The notes beneath the pieces were generated by a model. The model ran no database searches and had not been told where the DNA came from. It saw only the letters and a list, made by a program, of their open reading frames with translations. The position numbers and the translations under genes were made by a program. Of a DNA stretch of 64,000 nucleotides, positions 1 to 16,180 are shown one piece after another. Every line of letters begins with the position of its first letter. Within the stretch, counting starts at the first letter, position 1. Source of the stretch: Octopus vulgaris (taxonomy: Eukaryota); contig OX597834.1 of NCBI GenBank assembly GCA_951406725.2, positions 2,914,001 through 2,978,000 on the forward strand, given 5' to 3'.

Positions 1-172
1 TCACCACAACCACCACCACCACCATCACTACCACCACCACCACCATCACCACCACCGCCACCACCATCACCACCACCACCATCACCACCACCACCATCAC
101 CACAACCTCCACCACCACCACCACCACCACCACCACCCACCACCACCACCATCACCACCACCACCATCACCA
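1..172 (+). repeat. (CAC/CAT)n trinucleotide repeat
   Basis: Direct reading. Confidence 0.95.
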
Positions 173-865
173 TTTTGTGCCTTTATGTAAATGTGTCTGT
201 ATACGCGTGTATTCATGTATGAGCTGCGTGTGAGAATGTGTGAGTATATGTGTGTGCGCTCTCTATGCATGTGTATGTGTGTATACATGTACATATGTAT
301 GTGTATGTATTTATGTATGTTCAAGTGTTGTAGTATTGAACTATGTGTGTGAAAGCACGTGACTGTGGGTCTGTGCGTATAAATGTGTGTGTGTGTGTGT
401 GTGTGTGTGCAGGTATTTTAATAACTTCCTGGTAGGTGCTACTATATCGAACTATCGAACTGTATTTGTGATAACGTGTGTATAGATGTGTGTTGTCGTG
501 GGTGTATATAAATAGGCATAGATGTGTGTGTATTTGCATAGGTGTGTGGATATGCGCGTTTATATATGTGTTTATATATATATTTGTATGTGTATATATA
601 TATGTGTGTGTGTATATATATGGGTGAACGTGTATATATTTGTGTACATGCGTGTATATATGTCTATGTTTCTATACGCGCATATACGCATGTATATGCG
701 TGTATATATGTATGTGTATGTTTGTATGTATATACATGTTAGCATGTGTGTGTTTGTGTGGTTGTAAACAAGAATAAACGTGTATTTATTTGTGTGTATG
801 TGTGTGCGTACGTGTGTATATATGTTTGTGTATATGTTTGTGTATGCATGAGTGTATATGTCTTT

Positions 866-1035
866 ACGCTTTGAGTTCAAACTCCGCCGAGATCGACTTT
901 GCCTTTCATCCTTTTGGGGTCGATTAAATAAGTACCAGCTACGCACTGGGGTCGATGTAATCGACTGAATCCCTTTGTCTGTCCTTGTTTGTCCCCTCTG
1001 TGTTTAGCCCCCTGAGTGCAATAAAAAAATAAGTA
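866..1035 (+). mobile_element. SINE family A, 5'-truncated
   Basis: B-box plus GCCTTTCATCC..GGGGTCGAT..AAGTACCAG core. Confidence 0.8.
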
Positions 1036-1048
1036 TTTTTCCCCATTA

Positions 1049-1264
1049 AGGCGGCGAGAAGCTGGCAGAGTGGTTAGCACACCGGGCGAAATGCTTATCG
1101 GCATTTCGTCTGTCTTTATGTTCTGAGTTCAAATTCCGCTGAGGTCGACTCTACCTTTCATCCTTTCGGGGTCGATAAATCAAATACTAGTTGCGTACTG
1201 GAGTCGATCTAATCGACTGGCCTCCTACCCCAAAATTTCGGGCCTTGTGCCTAAAGTAGAAAAG
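1049..1264 (+). mobile_element. tRNA-derived SINE family A, full-length copy
   Basis: A-box TGGCAGAGTGG, B-box GAGTTCAAATTCC and core CCTTTCATCCTTTCGGGGTCGATAAA; about ten related copies in the window. Confidence 0.85.
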
Positions 1265-1399
1265 TATGAGTGTATATGTGTATGCGTGTATATACTTATG
1301 TATGTGTGTGTGCGTGAGCGTGTATAAATATGTGTGTGTGTATATTTGTTCAAACTAGGTCCATGCTGTGTATTGATCAAGTTCGAACAATCATCGGTC

Positions 1400-1438
<39 letters not shown>

Positions 1439-1605
1439 ATGCGTAGACGTGTCTGTTTTTGTGTGAGTGTGAGAGAGCATGTGTGTGAATGTTTGTCAGT
1501 TTGTGTATAAATGTGTGAGTATATGCGTATGTGAAAGGGCGTGTGTACACGTGTATGGTGCATGTGTGTGTTTATGTTTCTGTGTGTGCGCGTGTGTGTG
1601 CATGT

Positions 1606-1643
<38 letters not shown>

Positions 1644-2336
1644 ATTTGCGTTGGAATATGTGCATATGTGTATGTATGAACATATGTTTGTATTTGTCAT
1701 TTATTTGTGCGTGTTTTAAAGTTTCAGCGCGTGTTCTCTCCTCTCTCTCTCTCTCTCTCCCTCTCTTTCTCCTTCTCTCTCCCTCTCTTTCTCTCTCTCT
1801 CTCTCTCTCAGACACACACTTTTTCCAGGAAGTCTTCAAATGGTCAGCGAATCCCCTAGTAACAACAGTCAAACCTCCTCCTAATCACAACCTCCAGATC
1901 TAAACAAATATATAAGATGATAGGGTTGGATGACCTAAATCTACTGGATGTCACATTAGATAACGTAGTCCTAGATACACTGTGCCTCAACAAATGACAA
2001 GATTGTCACGGCTGGAACTTCTTTAATCGTCACAGAACCGACCTGGAACTAAACAACAACAACAATGCCAAGATGAAAAAAGGAAACATGGTCACACTTG
2101 GCAAGTCTTTTGTCAAAGGTCTGCTCGACGACTTAGCAGTTAGCCTCGAGACAACCGACAGCAGTAACCACTACTGCTGCTGCTGCTGTTGCTGCTGCAA
2201 TTATTACTATCAACACTACTACAATGGATACTACTACTACTACTACTACGGCCACCAGTACTTTTCAAGTACTACCATCACCACCACTGCCACTACTACT
2301 ATTACTATCACTGCGGCTGCTGCTGCTCCAATCCCT

Positions 2337-2402
<66 letters not shown>

Positions 2403-2615
2403 ACGGGAAGCTTTATGAAAATAAACAAAAGACGAAGGCAGGTGGAGAACAAACAAACAATTGTATTAGTATGGCGCTCAGGAATATAAATAAAACAAGT
2501 CTTTCACGTTTCGAGCCTACGCTCTTCAACAGAAAGATACACAGAAAAGAAACACGAAGAGAAACAAGGAAGAATAAAAATGCGTGCAGAAGCTAGCGAA
2601 TCAACATGGCGATCT
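2403..2615 (-). mobile_element. Penelope-like terminal fragment with a degenerate hammerhead motif
   Basis: Minus strand TCTTT-CTGTTGA-AGAGC-GTAG-GCTC-GAAAC-GTG-AAAGA abutting (TA)n; related to 34560-34820 and 27350-27400. Confidence 0.6.
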
Positions 2616-2631
2616 AATGATAATAATAATA

Positions 2632-2675
<44 letters not shown>

Positions 2676-2996
2676 GTTCATTGCGCCATTTCTCAAGTCG
2701 TCTCGTTCTCTCAATAGCGGAGAGTTTTTTTCTTCAAACCGAACCTTTCGGCCGCATCTAATACGGATCGATTCATGCCCCGAAGGCAATAGGATTATCT
2801 CCAGTTATGGATATATAATACACAACGTGTATGTTAAGTTAATCCGCTTTAATCCAGATATGACAAATAAAACACTGCCTGGTTAGATTGAAGTTTCGGG
2901 GGGGGGGGTCTTATTTTTTGAGGTTTTTTTTTCTGACTTAAATGTTTGTCTCGGATTTGGCTACTTTTTTTTTACTTTTTGTTATTTATCATTTGT

Positions 2997-3050
<54 letters not shown>

Positions 3051-3224
3051 TGTCTCTACGTGTGTGTAAGTCTGTGTGTGTCTGAGTAGCTTTCAACATG
3101 TCTATGTGTCCTTCCAAGTGTGTGTGTGTGTGTGTGTATATCCCTCTCCCCTTTACTATATATATATATACACATACGCAAAGAGAAATACGTAGATACA
3201 AAGATATATATGCATATCTTTGTA

Positions 3225-3255
<31 letters not shown>

Positions 3256-3583
3256 ATGCATCTCGCTTTCACTATGTATGTGGCTATGTTCCTTTCTCCC
3301 CCTCTTTCTCATGTGTGTGTACTTACATATATTACATATATTAAATATATATACATTTATCAATTTATATGTATACATGCAAGTATACGTGTGTATGCTG
3401 GATACATTTAACTGAAATAATCGTTGAAAAAAACGCAGTAATATTAATTATAAATTATGATGTCAATATATATGATTGTGATTTAAAATAACAACCGTAT
3501 AACCATTATTAATAACGAAATGATAACAAAAAACACAGCAATATTTACTACAAAAATATGTTGTTGACAACAAATGTATGTTC

Positions 3584-3616
<33 letters not shown>

Positions 3617-3619
3617 TAA

Positions 3620-3651
<32 letters not shown>

Positions 3652-3652
3652 C

Positions 3653-3703
<51 letters not shown>

Positions 3704-3889
3704 AGGTATTACGTAGATTAGTTATATTAAGTCTGAGAGAGAGCGTGATCTTTCTTTAATATCTTCGAAGAATTATCTCGACCCAATCCAACATTACTTT
3801 ATCTTATTTACTCCTGAGCAGCGACAATGATATGAGTTGAAATGGAATTAATATATTTGTTTTAGCCCTCTTTCCATCTTCTCTGTCCC

Positions 3890-4330
3890 CTATTCGTGGA
3901 TGGGTCATGGGGCTAGAGTCTTAAAGCACCTCTTCCATTCGGTCCCACTAGAAACAACCGTCATTACACTTTCTGGCCAGATTCCCAAGAGTGACCAATG
4001 AAGACAATGGACATTATGCAACCACCTCATTCTTGGTCTCCAGTTGGCTCAGCTTGAAGAATCTGTCTTGTTATCCTTTCCTGCGATATTCTATCCACAT
4101 TTCTGTGGTGCCAGAGGTGTGACCTCCCAATGCGGAGACGTAGCGGTTCAACTGGGAGCAAATCCCTAATCTCGTATCAAGTAAGATTACTCTAACGATC
4201 CTTCAGAGGAACCCCATTTCAGCCCCTTGTATTCGCGATCAAATGATTCTTTCGATCATTACCCAAAATTCATCACCATAGTTGAAGATAAGCACAAAAA
4301 TTGAACTGAAAATAACGCGTTTGGCTGTTT
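3890..4330 (-). mobile_element. RTE-clade LINE 3' remnant
   Basis: Minus strand reads FNYGDEFWVMIER...SRIQGAEMGFL, the RTE post-RT motif (YG.E.W...AEM.FLR). Confidence 0.7.
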
Positions 4331-4691
4331 TTACCAATCTCCGCACTTCTGCGAGTGGAATGCGGGAACTGGCCCCTTACTGAGCCAGCTGCACCTACCA
4401 TTCAAACATATAACTAATCCCGCTGTTTCCTATCCCTTTTAGGTTGAAAATTTTTAGGGGAGACCGCAGTTGTTTGACCTCATAAATTTCAACTTTAATG
4501 TTACTCAAGTTTTTTGTTTTGTTAATTTTAGGGATTCCATTCATGATAGATCGGTTTGAGGAATTTTGTTTACCTCTATCATACGTATACAGGGGACAGC
4601 CAGTATTTTTATTGTAAGTATTCAAATATAATATTTTTACTGAGATCGGTTTTTATAATTAATTGCTTATTTAAATATTTATTTCAAATTT

Positions 4692-4880
4692 TAGCACAAG
4701 GCCAGCAATTTCGGCGGAGGGGTAAGTCCTCCGAAATTACTTAACTGGTACTTATTTTATCGACCCCGAAAGAATAAAAGGTAAAGTCGACCTCGCCGGA
4801 ATTTGAACTCAGAACCTAAAGACAGACGAGATGCCGCTAAGCATTTGGCCCTCCATGTGAACGATTCAGCCAGCTGGCCA
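4692..4880 (-). mobile_element. SINE family A
   Basis: Reverse complement of the family A core and head. Confidence 0.8.
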
Positions 4881-4995
4881 CCAAATATCGTTCACCGTTC
4901 AGGCGAGGAGCTGACAGAATCGTTTGAGCGGCGTAGATTATCTGTTAAGAGTATTCCTTCCAGCTTTGTATTTTACTGGTGCAATAAAATATATA

Positions 4996-5036
<41 letters not shown>

Positions 5037-5134
5037 TATATATAAATGGCGGTGCCCCAGCATGGCCACAGCTCATAAGCTGAAACTAGAATCAATCAAT
5101 ATAAAACCAGTGATGTGTTGGCGCACTTTTAGTG

Positions 5135-5300
5135 AAATATATACGTCAACTCAAATCTCACCGAGGTCAAGTTTTCCTTTTATCCCTCCATGGGTCCACG
5201 GAGGTCGATAAAATAAAATACCAGTCAAGTACCCGAGGCGATGCTTATTGACAAATCACCCACCCTTAAAATGTCTGGCCTTGCATCTAAATAAGAAATC
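5135..5300 (+). mobile_element. SINE family A, degenerate
   Basis: CCGAGGTCAAGTTTTCCTTTTATCC...GGTCGATAAAATAAAATACCAG. Confidence 0.65.
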
Positions 5301-5381
5301 ATTGTTGCTTACCATTATATAGAATTAATTAATGTTGAAATATTTGTAATTAATACTTAAACAGTAGTTGTGTTATTGATG

Positions 5382-5419
<38 letters not shown>

Positions 5420-5799
5420 ATGTATATAGATAGATAGATTGGTTTGATGAAAATGACGAGGTTATAAATAAACAGCTTCAAGAAATGTAGACTTCACAAA
5501 GAACGGATTTCAGATAAGAACACGGCTAGAAAGAAAAAGCTTTACACGTCTGCCAAAAACTCTGTCCAAACTAAACTCTGACAAAAGAAGCAACAGTGGT
5601 GAAAGTAAATGGCTAAAAGCTCTGCAAGAATCAGCAGACAACTCTTTTATAGTGGCGCAGAGATCTGGACACTTTATCGTAGGCACATCAATTAATTGAA
5701 CAACTTTCATATGAAATGTCTCAAGCAAATATGCAAGGTTGAGTGGAATGATAAGGGGAAGAGTATACAATATGCTGGAAATGTGTAGAATATCCGTTA

Positions 5800-6210
5800 T
5801 AGAGGCTTTCTCGGTCAAGTCTCAGATGCGATGCTGTGGCCTCATTCTACGCAAGAATAGGGGTAGAATGCCAAAGCAAATCTTTTATGGTCAGCTTGTG
5901 TAATTCACGATGCAATGTAGACCGGCCACTTCTACGGTATAAGGACAGATTGAAAGATAATATGAAGCGCCTGTGGATTAGGAATGAAAACTTTGGGAAT
6001 CTTGCGAGAAACTGTGCAGAGTGGAGGCCAGAGTGCTTTTTCTCAGCTTTAAAATTTCGAAAGTCAAAGCGGACAACGTCAAGAGCAGTTTCGGGAAAAC
6101 AGGAAAAGAAACCAAGTGAATAAAAAAGAAAAAACAGTCTTCCTGCTGATCGCCATTGTCCAGCTTGTGATTACTCATCTAGATCACGTGCTGGTTTCAT
6201 ACATCATGAT
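5800..6210 (+). mobile_element. RTE-clade LINE 3' remnant
   Basis: PKQIFYGQL...RPLLRYKDRLKDNMK motif. Confidence 0.7.
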
Positions 6211-6422
6211 CATATCCCTGTTGCTTTTGGTGGCTTAAGGGTTCAAATGAGGAGTTACCAGCTGAAGTGAATGAATTGTAAACACTACTGAATGGTAGGA
6301 ATGGTTGTGTGACTCTATTAATTATTCTTTTTAGTTGGATTTGTTTTCTGTATTCTCCTCACTGAACACTCAAACGTCACCTTCGACGGGAGAGTCCATA
6401 TATATATATATGTATGTATATG

Positions 6423-6497
<75 letters not shown>

Positions 6498-6580
6498 GTA
6501 TATATGTATGTATGTGTGTATATATATATGTGTGTGTGTATATATGTATGTATGTATGTATGTATGTGTATATATATATC

Positions 6581-6635
<55 letters not shown>

Positions 6636-6990
6636 ATATATTGCAAGTATGTTTTATTTAAATTTATTTTGATTTAACAAATATATTAATTTTGATGATT
6701 AATATACATTTCATTATTTCATGTAACGCCATTTTCTTTTCTAATCAATTAAAATCATAATTACAGTACTTATGTAACGCTGTCTGATATTACGGTGACA
6801 AAAGTATATTGCCAATGTGACCCGTCACGTGACGAGTAGTAGCGAGTTTATATAAATAATTAACTAATTAAATTTTGGTTATATCGGAAATTAAAGCTGC
6901 AAATTAAAATTTGAAATTTTAATTATATTTTAGAAATTGAAAAAATGAAATTGTCAAAGCTTAGAAATAAAATGATGTTATGAAGCAGAC

Positions 6991-7053
<63 letters not shown>

Positions 7054-7624
7054 CCTGCTAACTGGTATGAACACCATCCTCAGCCAGTTGTTGAAGGTAA
7101 AGATGTCACCATCCTCTGGGATTTTCCAGTCAACACTGACAGAACGATCAAGGCTAATCGACCAGACATAATTGTTAAAGACAAGGAAGAAAATACCTGC
7201 AGACTAATAGATGTGTTCCCACTGATAAAAACATATCTGTAAAGGAATTTGACAAACTTAGTAAATATAAGGACCTGAAAATTGAAATACAAAAGATGTG
7301 GAATCTTAAAACAAAAACTGTTCCTGTTATTGTAGGTGCCCTAGTTATGATAAAAAAGGGATGTCAGAAACAACTAGACAATATCCCTGGAGAACCATGT
7401 CTCAAAGAAATCCAAAAGATTGTGCTAACAAGTACTGTCCACATCCTTAGAAAAACCCTATCAATGTAAATGTTTGTGTTTGTATTACATGGAGATATTT
7501 CTATACTTCCCCTCCCCAAGCTTTCAGCTATATTTCAACAACTCTTAACCTTCACTTGCCCTAGGGCGCTGGGTGTGCCCCGGCAAGTGATTGCATCAAA
7601 CATGCAGATTAAAAGTAAATGACG
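7054..7624 (+). mobile_element. R4/Dong-like non-LTR retrotransposon 3' fragment (RLE endonuclease), copy 1
   Basis: Reads WYEHHPQPVVEGKDVTILWDFPVNTDRTIKANRPDIIVKD...KLSKYKDLKIEIQKMWNLKTKTVPVIVGAL, with a frameshift; flanked by (AAT)n on both sides. Confidence 0.85.
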
Positions 7625-7648
7625 ATAATAATAATAATAATAATAATG

Positions 7649-7758
<110 letters not shown>

Positions 7759-7776
7759 AAGAAGAAGAAGAAGAAG

Positions 7777-9563
<1,787 letters not shown>

Positions 9564-9565
<2 letters not shown>

Positions 9566-9890
9566 TTCCAGTATCGTAAAGAAAAACAAAGATCGAAAGA
9601 AAAACAAAGAAAAACAATCCCTTAAAATTTGAAATAGGTAGAATTTGGAGCATGAGAACAGTAAGGTTCGTGCCTATAATAATTGATGCGCTGGAAACAG
9701 TAAGCGAAGATATAGAGAAATGGCTGGAGGAAACTGGAATATTCTATTCCAGCCCGGTAGAGTTCCTATCAGGAAGGTTCTAAGCACTCGAAAGACAGCT
9801 GAAAACTTGTGGATACCCAAGGTTACGAGTAGTAACCCGCTATCCATATAATTCCTACCAGGAACAAGACAGAACCTAAGCCAAACAATG
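9564..9890 (+). mobile_element. Diverged Dong-like 3' fragment, copy 4
   Basis: LKFEIGRIWSMRTVRFVPIIIDALET resembles the RLE C-terminus; lies between (AAT)n tracts. Confidence 0.7.
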
Positions 9891-9952
<62 letters not shown>

Positions 9953-10400
9953 CAGAAAAGGGGTATGAATTGGATTCAAAGGAGCAGAAAAAGTGGGATG
10001 ATCATAGTTGGGGGCTGTAACAAAATAATAATGAAAGGATTTTGTGGGATTTCCCCATAAAGGCTGAAGAAAGAAGACCAGATATGATTATAAAGGACAA
10101 AATGGGGCCAAACTTTGTGAGATCACAGACTTATAATGTATGTTGGTTGTTTGGATATCAAAAAAGCCGAGACGCAAGCGAGAGCGACTAAGATGACAAT
10201 TATTCCTGTGGTAATTGGTGCTCTTGGCACTGCATTCGAATTGCTACATAAGAGACTTATGAGATATTGGAATTAAAACTGGAATTGTCGGTTTGTAGAA
10301 TCAGTGTCGTCTGTATTCTACGAAAATTCTAAGAAATATTCTTGAGATTCGAGAAGACTTGTTGTCACCAAACGTCAAGACAACTTTCCTGCTAAGAAAA
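9953..10400 (+). mobile_element. Diverged Dong-like 3' fragment, copy 5
   Basis: Remnants RRPDMIIKDK and IIPVVIGALGT follow an (AAT)n tract. Confidence 0.65.
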
Positions 10401-11089
10401 TATTAATGCATTTAAAATTATATATTTGCTATGACGTAGGGGGGTGAACACCCATAATAGCATATGTTTAAATAATTCTTTCATAACCCTACATAATGAA
10501 TTATTACCCCCACTTCACTTCAAATCAAACTTAATGACATTGACACGTAACCAATGACGACACACGGTTACAGTCGAACAGGGACACAGCGTCATCTCGC
10601 CTGAATCAAAAATTGACTGTATACTTAATTCTTGGAATTTGTTTTTTAAAAGTAATTAGAGAGAACTTCCTCGTTGTTATTTAAATTTACCAATACATTT
10701 TAATTACTAATTTACTTTACTGTCTAATTAACTTTAATTAAATGTTTATAATTGAAAGTCTTAACTTTATCATTAGCTACTAATGTTAGTATGCTGTAGG
10801 CCTCGTCAAGACACAAAAATGTGGAGAATTGTTTTGTAAAAACTATATTAACTGATAAAAAGAAAATAAACTTGTCGTGGCCTTTATACAGCCGAAGGTT
10901 ACATGATACGAACTCTCGAGGATTCTCGTGTGAGAGACAAGGTTAAATAAAAACAAACAAGGAACTTGCATACAGAAGTTTTATGAACGATAGTTTGAGT
11001 GCACGAAGCGTTCCAAAGCAATGTTTGTTTTCACTTTAGTGTAATGGTTAACACGGTTAACTCGTGGTTCGATTCCCAGGGTGGACGTG

Positions 11090-11640
11090 TGCTCATTTTT
11101 CTATCGCTGATTCGTATTTCCTCATCCATCAGCCTGGTATCCTCCCAGAGTCCAGAGGTCGGCTGGCCAAGACTCCCCAGTTCTGTATTCTGCTGCATTA
11201 ATACAATTAGTCAGGCTCTTTGTTTGAAGTCCATTTTTTGATGTCGTCAGTCCACAAACATCGTCTTTGATGGCCTCTTGCTCTCTTTCCCTCCTCTCAT
11301 TCTGTCAGAACAGTCTTGAACAATTACTCTTGATACATTGTACGTCCAAAATATAAGAGTTTAGTGGATTTGATTCATAACAATAGATATCTTTTGATTT
11401 TCAGCTTTCCTAGTACTACAGCTTTTGCTACCCTGTCTTTCCATTTGATTTTGTCCAATCTACAAAAGACCCACATCTCACAAGCACCTATCCTCTTCTC
11501 CATTGCTCTGTACATTGTTCCAGCTTCTTCCACGCAGCATACGAATGACATAATATAACGATTTACTAACCTCAAGTTTAGGCGCTGTGTTGTGTCTTTT
11601 GATGTTTCGATCTTTTTCATTCTTATAAATGCAAACAATA
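11090..11640 (-). mobile_element. RTE-clade LINE 3' remnant
   Basis: EKRIGACEMWVFCRLDKIKWKDRV...KIKR, with a downstream RARG...WTDDI-like remnant. Confidence 0.7.
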
Positions 11641-12385
11641 TTTTGTATTTATAAAGTATCCAATTCAGTTCAATTTAAGGATTATAATCGGGAATCTATT
11701 TACTTTAACATTTTCCGCTAACTTTAATAACTACTATTAATTATCACTACTTAATTATTGTTCCCGTAAATACAGTAAACGAGGCAGATATCTACAGAGA
11801 GGGCGCTGATCAGCTGGTGAAGAACTAACTGTGTTACTCGAAGAGAAACAAACATATATCTATGCTTCTCCGAAAATTATGTATTATCTGCATAAATACA
11901 TGCATAGACACACGCGCGCAGAGAGAAAGAGAGAGAGAGGGGGGAGAAGTATCGTTTATCGCCACTTGTATATCACCGTTCCGTAGGAACCGACGTTACT
12001 GCTGTTTTTAACCCCAGGAGGGCACCTCGTCCAGCTGGTTTTTCGATGCAGTCTGCACCCGAAATAAATTACAAGCAGGGGAGTGAACCCCTACCATCTT
12101 CCAACCACGAGACCACCAGAACCTATGGTTTCAACCTCTTTGTGGTGATTCTCGGTGGTGGATACTCGTCCGCTAAAGATAGCAGCAATTCACTCCAGCC
12201 TCGCAATATATGAAGAACAAGTGACACACGGCTAGTTAGAAAATCCCTATAAGAGATGAAAGCAGTAACTAAAAATAGCAGTAAGGTCGCTTCCTACGGA
12301 GGAAGGCCATGTTTAAGTGACGATAAGCATTCCTTCTCTGTATAGTTACCGCTATAGTCTCTTAAAGACATTTTCTAACTAGTTA

Positions 12386-12422
<37 letters not shown>

Positions 12423-12424
12423 TT

Positions 12425-12792
12425 TTATTGTTTCAGTCATGTGGCCATGCTGGAGCACCGCCTTTAGTCGAAGAAATCAACCCCAGGACTTATTCTTTCT
12501 AAGCCAAGTACTTATTCTATCGGTCACTTTGCTGGATGCTGGGGAGTGACAAACGCAAACATATACACATACATACACACACACACATACATACACACAC
12601 ATAGGCGTAGGAGTGGTTGTGTGGTAAGTAACTTGCTTACCAACCATATGGTTCCGGGTTCAGTCCCACTGCGTGGCACCTTGGGCAACTGTCTTCTACT
12701 ATAGCCTCGGGCCGACAAAAACCTTGTGAGTGGATTTGGTAGACGGAAACTGAAAGAAGCCCGTCGTATATATGCATATGTATGTATGTATG

Positions 12793-12858
<66 letters not shown>

Positions 12859-12902
12859 CATACATTCATATATATATATATATATGATGGGCTACGCCTA
12901 TA
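12425..12902. mobile_element. Nested SINE family B copies in opposite orientations
   Basis: Minus-strand tail at 12425-12560, plus-strand head at 12603-12770 and a collapsed minus-strand head at 12883-12902. Confidence 0.78.
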
Positions 12903-13158
12903 TCTATCTTTTAACCCCCCCCCCTTTTTTTGTCCGCTTTCTCCCCTTTTACGATCCCTTTTGATCGACCCCCCCCACACACATTTTTTTTTAAAAAAAT
13001 TTTTTAATTTTTTTTATTATTATTTTTTTTTAATTTTTTTTTTTTAAATTTAAATTTTAATTTTTAATTTTTTTTACCTCCAAAAGAAAAGCTCTACCTT
13101 GTAATTTGTTCTATCTGTGTGCAGCCCTGTGTGGCTAATAAAGAAACATATCTATCTA

Positions 13159-13260
<102 letters not shown>

Positions 13261-14066
13261 CCTAAACGTCAGCGTTTGTTAAGAAGTTTGCTTCCCAACC
13301 CCGTGCTTCCGGGTTCAGTCTTTGACCCCTTGGGTAAATGTTCTCTACTATAGCCCCGGCTCAACAAATGGTTTGTGACTGGATCTGGGAGAAGGAAACC
13401 GAATGAAGCCCGTCATATATATATGTATGAATGTATGTATATATATGTATCTATACAAACATACATACGTTTGCACATGTCTTCCATAAGTTGTTTTTTC
13501 AGAAAAAAATAAGAATATGAAAAAAAAGGGGTATTAACGTTATAATTGGACACGTGTATCTCGGAGTATTGCAACTCTGAGTCTTTTAGTTCTAATGTAT
13601 TGAAGAACACTCAACACGTTCGTAATGGTTTCTGTAATTTATGGCTTCTCGGTGAATCAACGAAGATTCATAAATACAAAACGATTCGTGTCACTTATGA
13701 TGCTTTCTTTGGTTTCGTGGTCGCAATTTCGATTTCAGGCCCTTTATTATTCAAAATGCTTCTCCTATGTTTGTATATCAGGTGTGTATAAGCAGGGCCT
13801 GAAGATCGAGGCACCAAAACCAACGACAGTCCATAGAATAATCTTAATTCGTATTTATTGCTAAAGATCCGTGTAACGAGTGCGACATATTGAGTGATGT
13901 GTTTGCTATTATCGATCAAGCATGATTTGTGCGTGTGTGTGTATGTGTGTGTGTGTGTGTGTGTATGTGTGTGTGCATCAATACCTGTTTCTGTATGTAT
14001 GTATATGTGAATATATAAAAATGTATATGCATGTATATGTACACATATTCAGACATGCATAGTTAT

Positions 14067-14103
<37 letters not shown>

Positions 14104-14385
14104 CATTTATAATATATGTGTGTGTATATGTGTGTGTGTGTGCATGCACATATATACATATTTAGAGACACATATACATGTGTGTGTGTGCATGTCTGTG
14201 TGTAAGTATATATATATATAATATACGTACATGCATGCATCATACATACATACATGTGTACATATGTAAACACATATATACACGCATAATGCATACGTAC
14301 ATACATACACACGTACATACATAGGTACATACATACAAACTTACATACATACATACACACGTACATACATACATACATACATACA

Positions 14386-14417
<32 letters not shown>

Positions 14418-14637
14418 AAAAAATACCCTGTTGTTGATGTTGAAATTCCAATGAAAGAGCCTTGGATCTACGTTAGAAACCGGTTCTTTCTCTATTGGCA
14501 AGAAATCTTGAAATAAACTGAATAATAACATACATACATACATGCATGCATACATATACACACTCACACATACATACATACATACATACATACATACATA
14601 CATACATACATACATACATACATACATGCATACATAT

Positions 14638-14935
14638 GACTGGCACTCCGTCTGTTACGACGATGATAGCTCTCGATGAACGGAACAACCTACTTGTGAA
14701 ATTAAAGTGCAAGTGGCTGAATACTCCACAGACACACGTACTCTTGTCGTAATTCTCGATGAGAATCAGCGTGACAGAGAATGTGACAAGACCGGTTCTT
14801 TGAATTAAAGGTACAACTCATTTTTGCCAGGTGATTGGACTGGAAAAGCGTGAAATAAAGGGTCTTGCTCGAGGGGAGAATGCACTGCTATGGATCGAAC
14901 ACGCGAAGTTGCAATCGTAAACCAAATATCATAAG
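14638..14935 (-). mobile_element. SINE family C
   Basis: Collinear with 26262-26578 (GTGGCTGAATACTCCACAGACA...CTCATTTTTGCCAG). Confidence 0.8.
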
Positions 14936-15717
14936 ACCAGACAGGGCACTGATCTCCGAAGCTTCCAAACAGATTGCTGAATTGAAAGTCTCCGTTTTTG
15001 TTTGTTGTTTTCGTTGTTTGTTTTTTTTGTACTTAGGTCAGCCGTCTAGGATTCGACCTTGGGCTAAACAAAAACAATAGCAGCAGCTTCGACAACACTG
15101 TTTCGAAGACAGACACTATTTACATACAAATAACTTTTATAGTATTTCAACAAAGTTGTAGACAAAGCATAAGTAAATAGCAAATTAGCTCCATCGAAAT
15201 TTCAAAGAAACCAGCAGCATCAATAATTTGTGTTTGTGCGATAAAAGAGCATTTTAGAAGAGGAACGGTTGTACATTATTGCACTGATCAAAAGAGAGCT
15301 GCTAATGTTGATGTGATGTAACGTCGAGTTAAATAGTCGACCAAGAAATATCGGACCTCAGCTCATTGTACATTTATCATAGATTGTGTATCGTAAATAG
15401 TTTTTATCTTTCTGTAACATGTGCAGCCTCTGTGTGTGTGTGTGTGTGTTGTTTTCTTTTCGGTATTGGTACATTGTAAACAATTTTAGAATTATTGGTG
15501 AGACATGTCATATGAGAAATATTTAAATAGATATCATGTTTACTGAAAATATCTGCGAATTCAATCGAAATAGCAATAGATATATATTTGTTAAGACATT
15601 GTATTCAAGGTCTATAAAATTTATAAGGGTGTGCACGTATGTATGTGTGTATATATGTATGTGTATATATGTATGTATATGTGTATATGTATATATGTAT
15701 GTATATATGTATATATG

Positions 15718-15799
<82 letters not shown>

Positions 15800-15808
<9 letters not shown>

Positions 15809-16180
15809 AGCTGAAGTTGTCTGTGTATGGCAGGTTTGGTACCCTTCAACTAACACTATCTCCTCCGAGACCCTGCGGCGCAAGTTGAACAAAATTGAGA
15901 GTATGATAGAAGAAGACTTGCTCTTCCTTCCGTAGAAGAAAAAAATTCAAATCGGACCATGTTAAACACCAAAAATTATCTACATCAAAAAGGTGCTATT
16001 TGTCTATGAAAATCTCTATTTTTTACGATTTTTTGACTGCTGTGTCGCCATTTTTCGGTGTATTTCAACCAGAAAAATGTTCACTTAAAGGGAATAACAA
16101 GCTGCATGATGTAAAACTTTTACTTTTCAAAAATTCTAAAGGCTCGAAACAAACCCGAGCAACGCCGGGCGATACTGCTA

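Noticed and set aside
1049-1140. tRNA-like A/B boxes here and in other SINE heads
   Set aside because: No cloverleaf forms, and the boxes are attached to repeated SINE bodies, so these are not tRNA genes.
4255-4290. Minus-strand NYG codons as a candidate mGluR exon 2
   Set aside because: The context (NYGDEFWVM...AEMGFL) is an RTE LINE motif rather than NYGESG, and no acceptor is present.
15870-15890. CCTGCGGCGCAAGTT shared between the Helitron-like element and the inverted-repeat core (~17018)
   Set aside because: An isolated ~15-nt match with no flanking similarity; it cannot be distinguished from chance.
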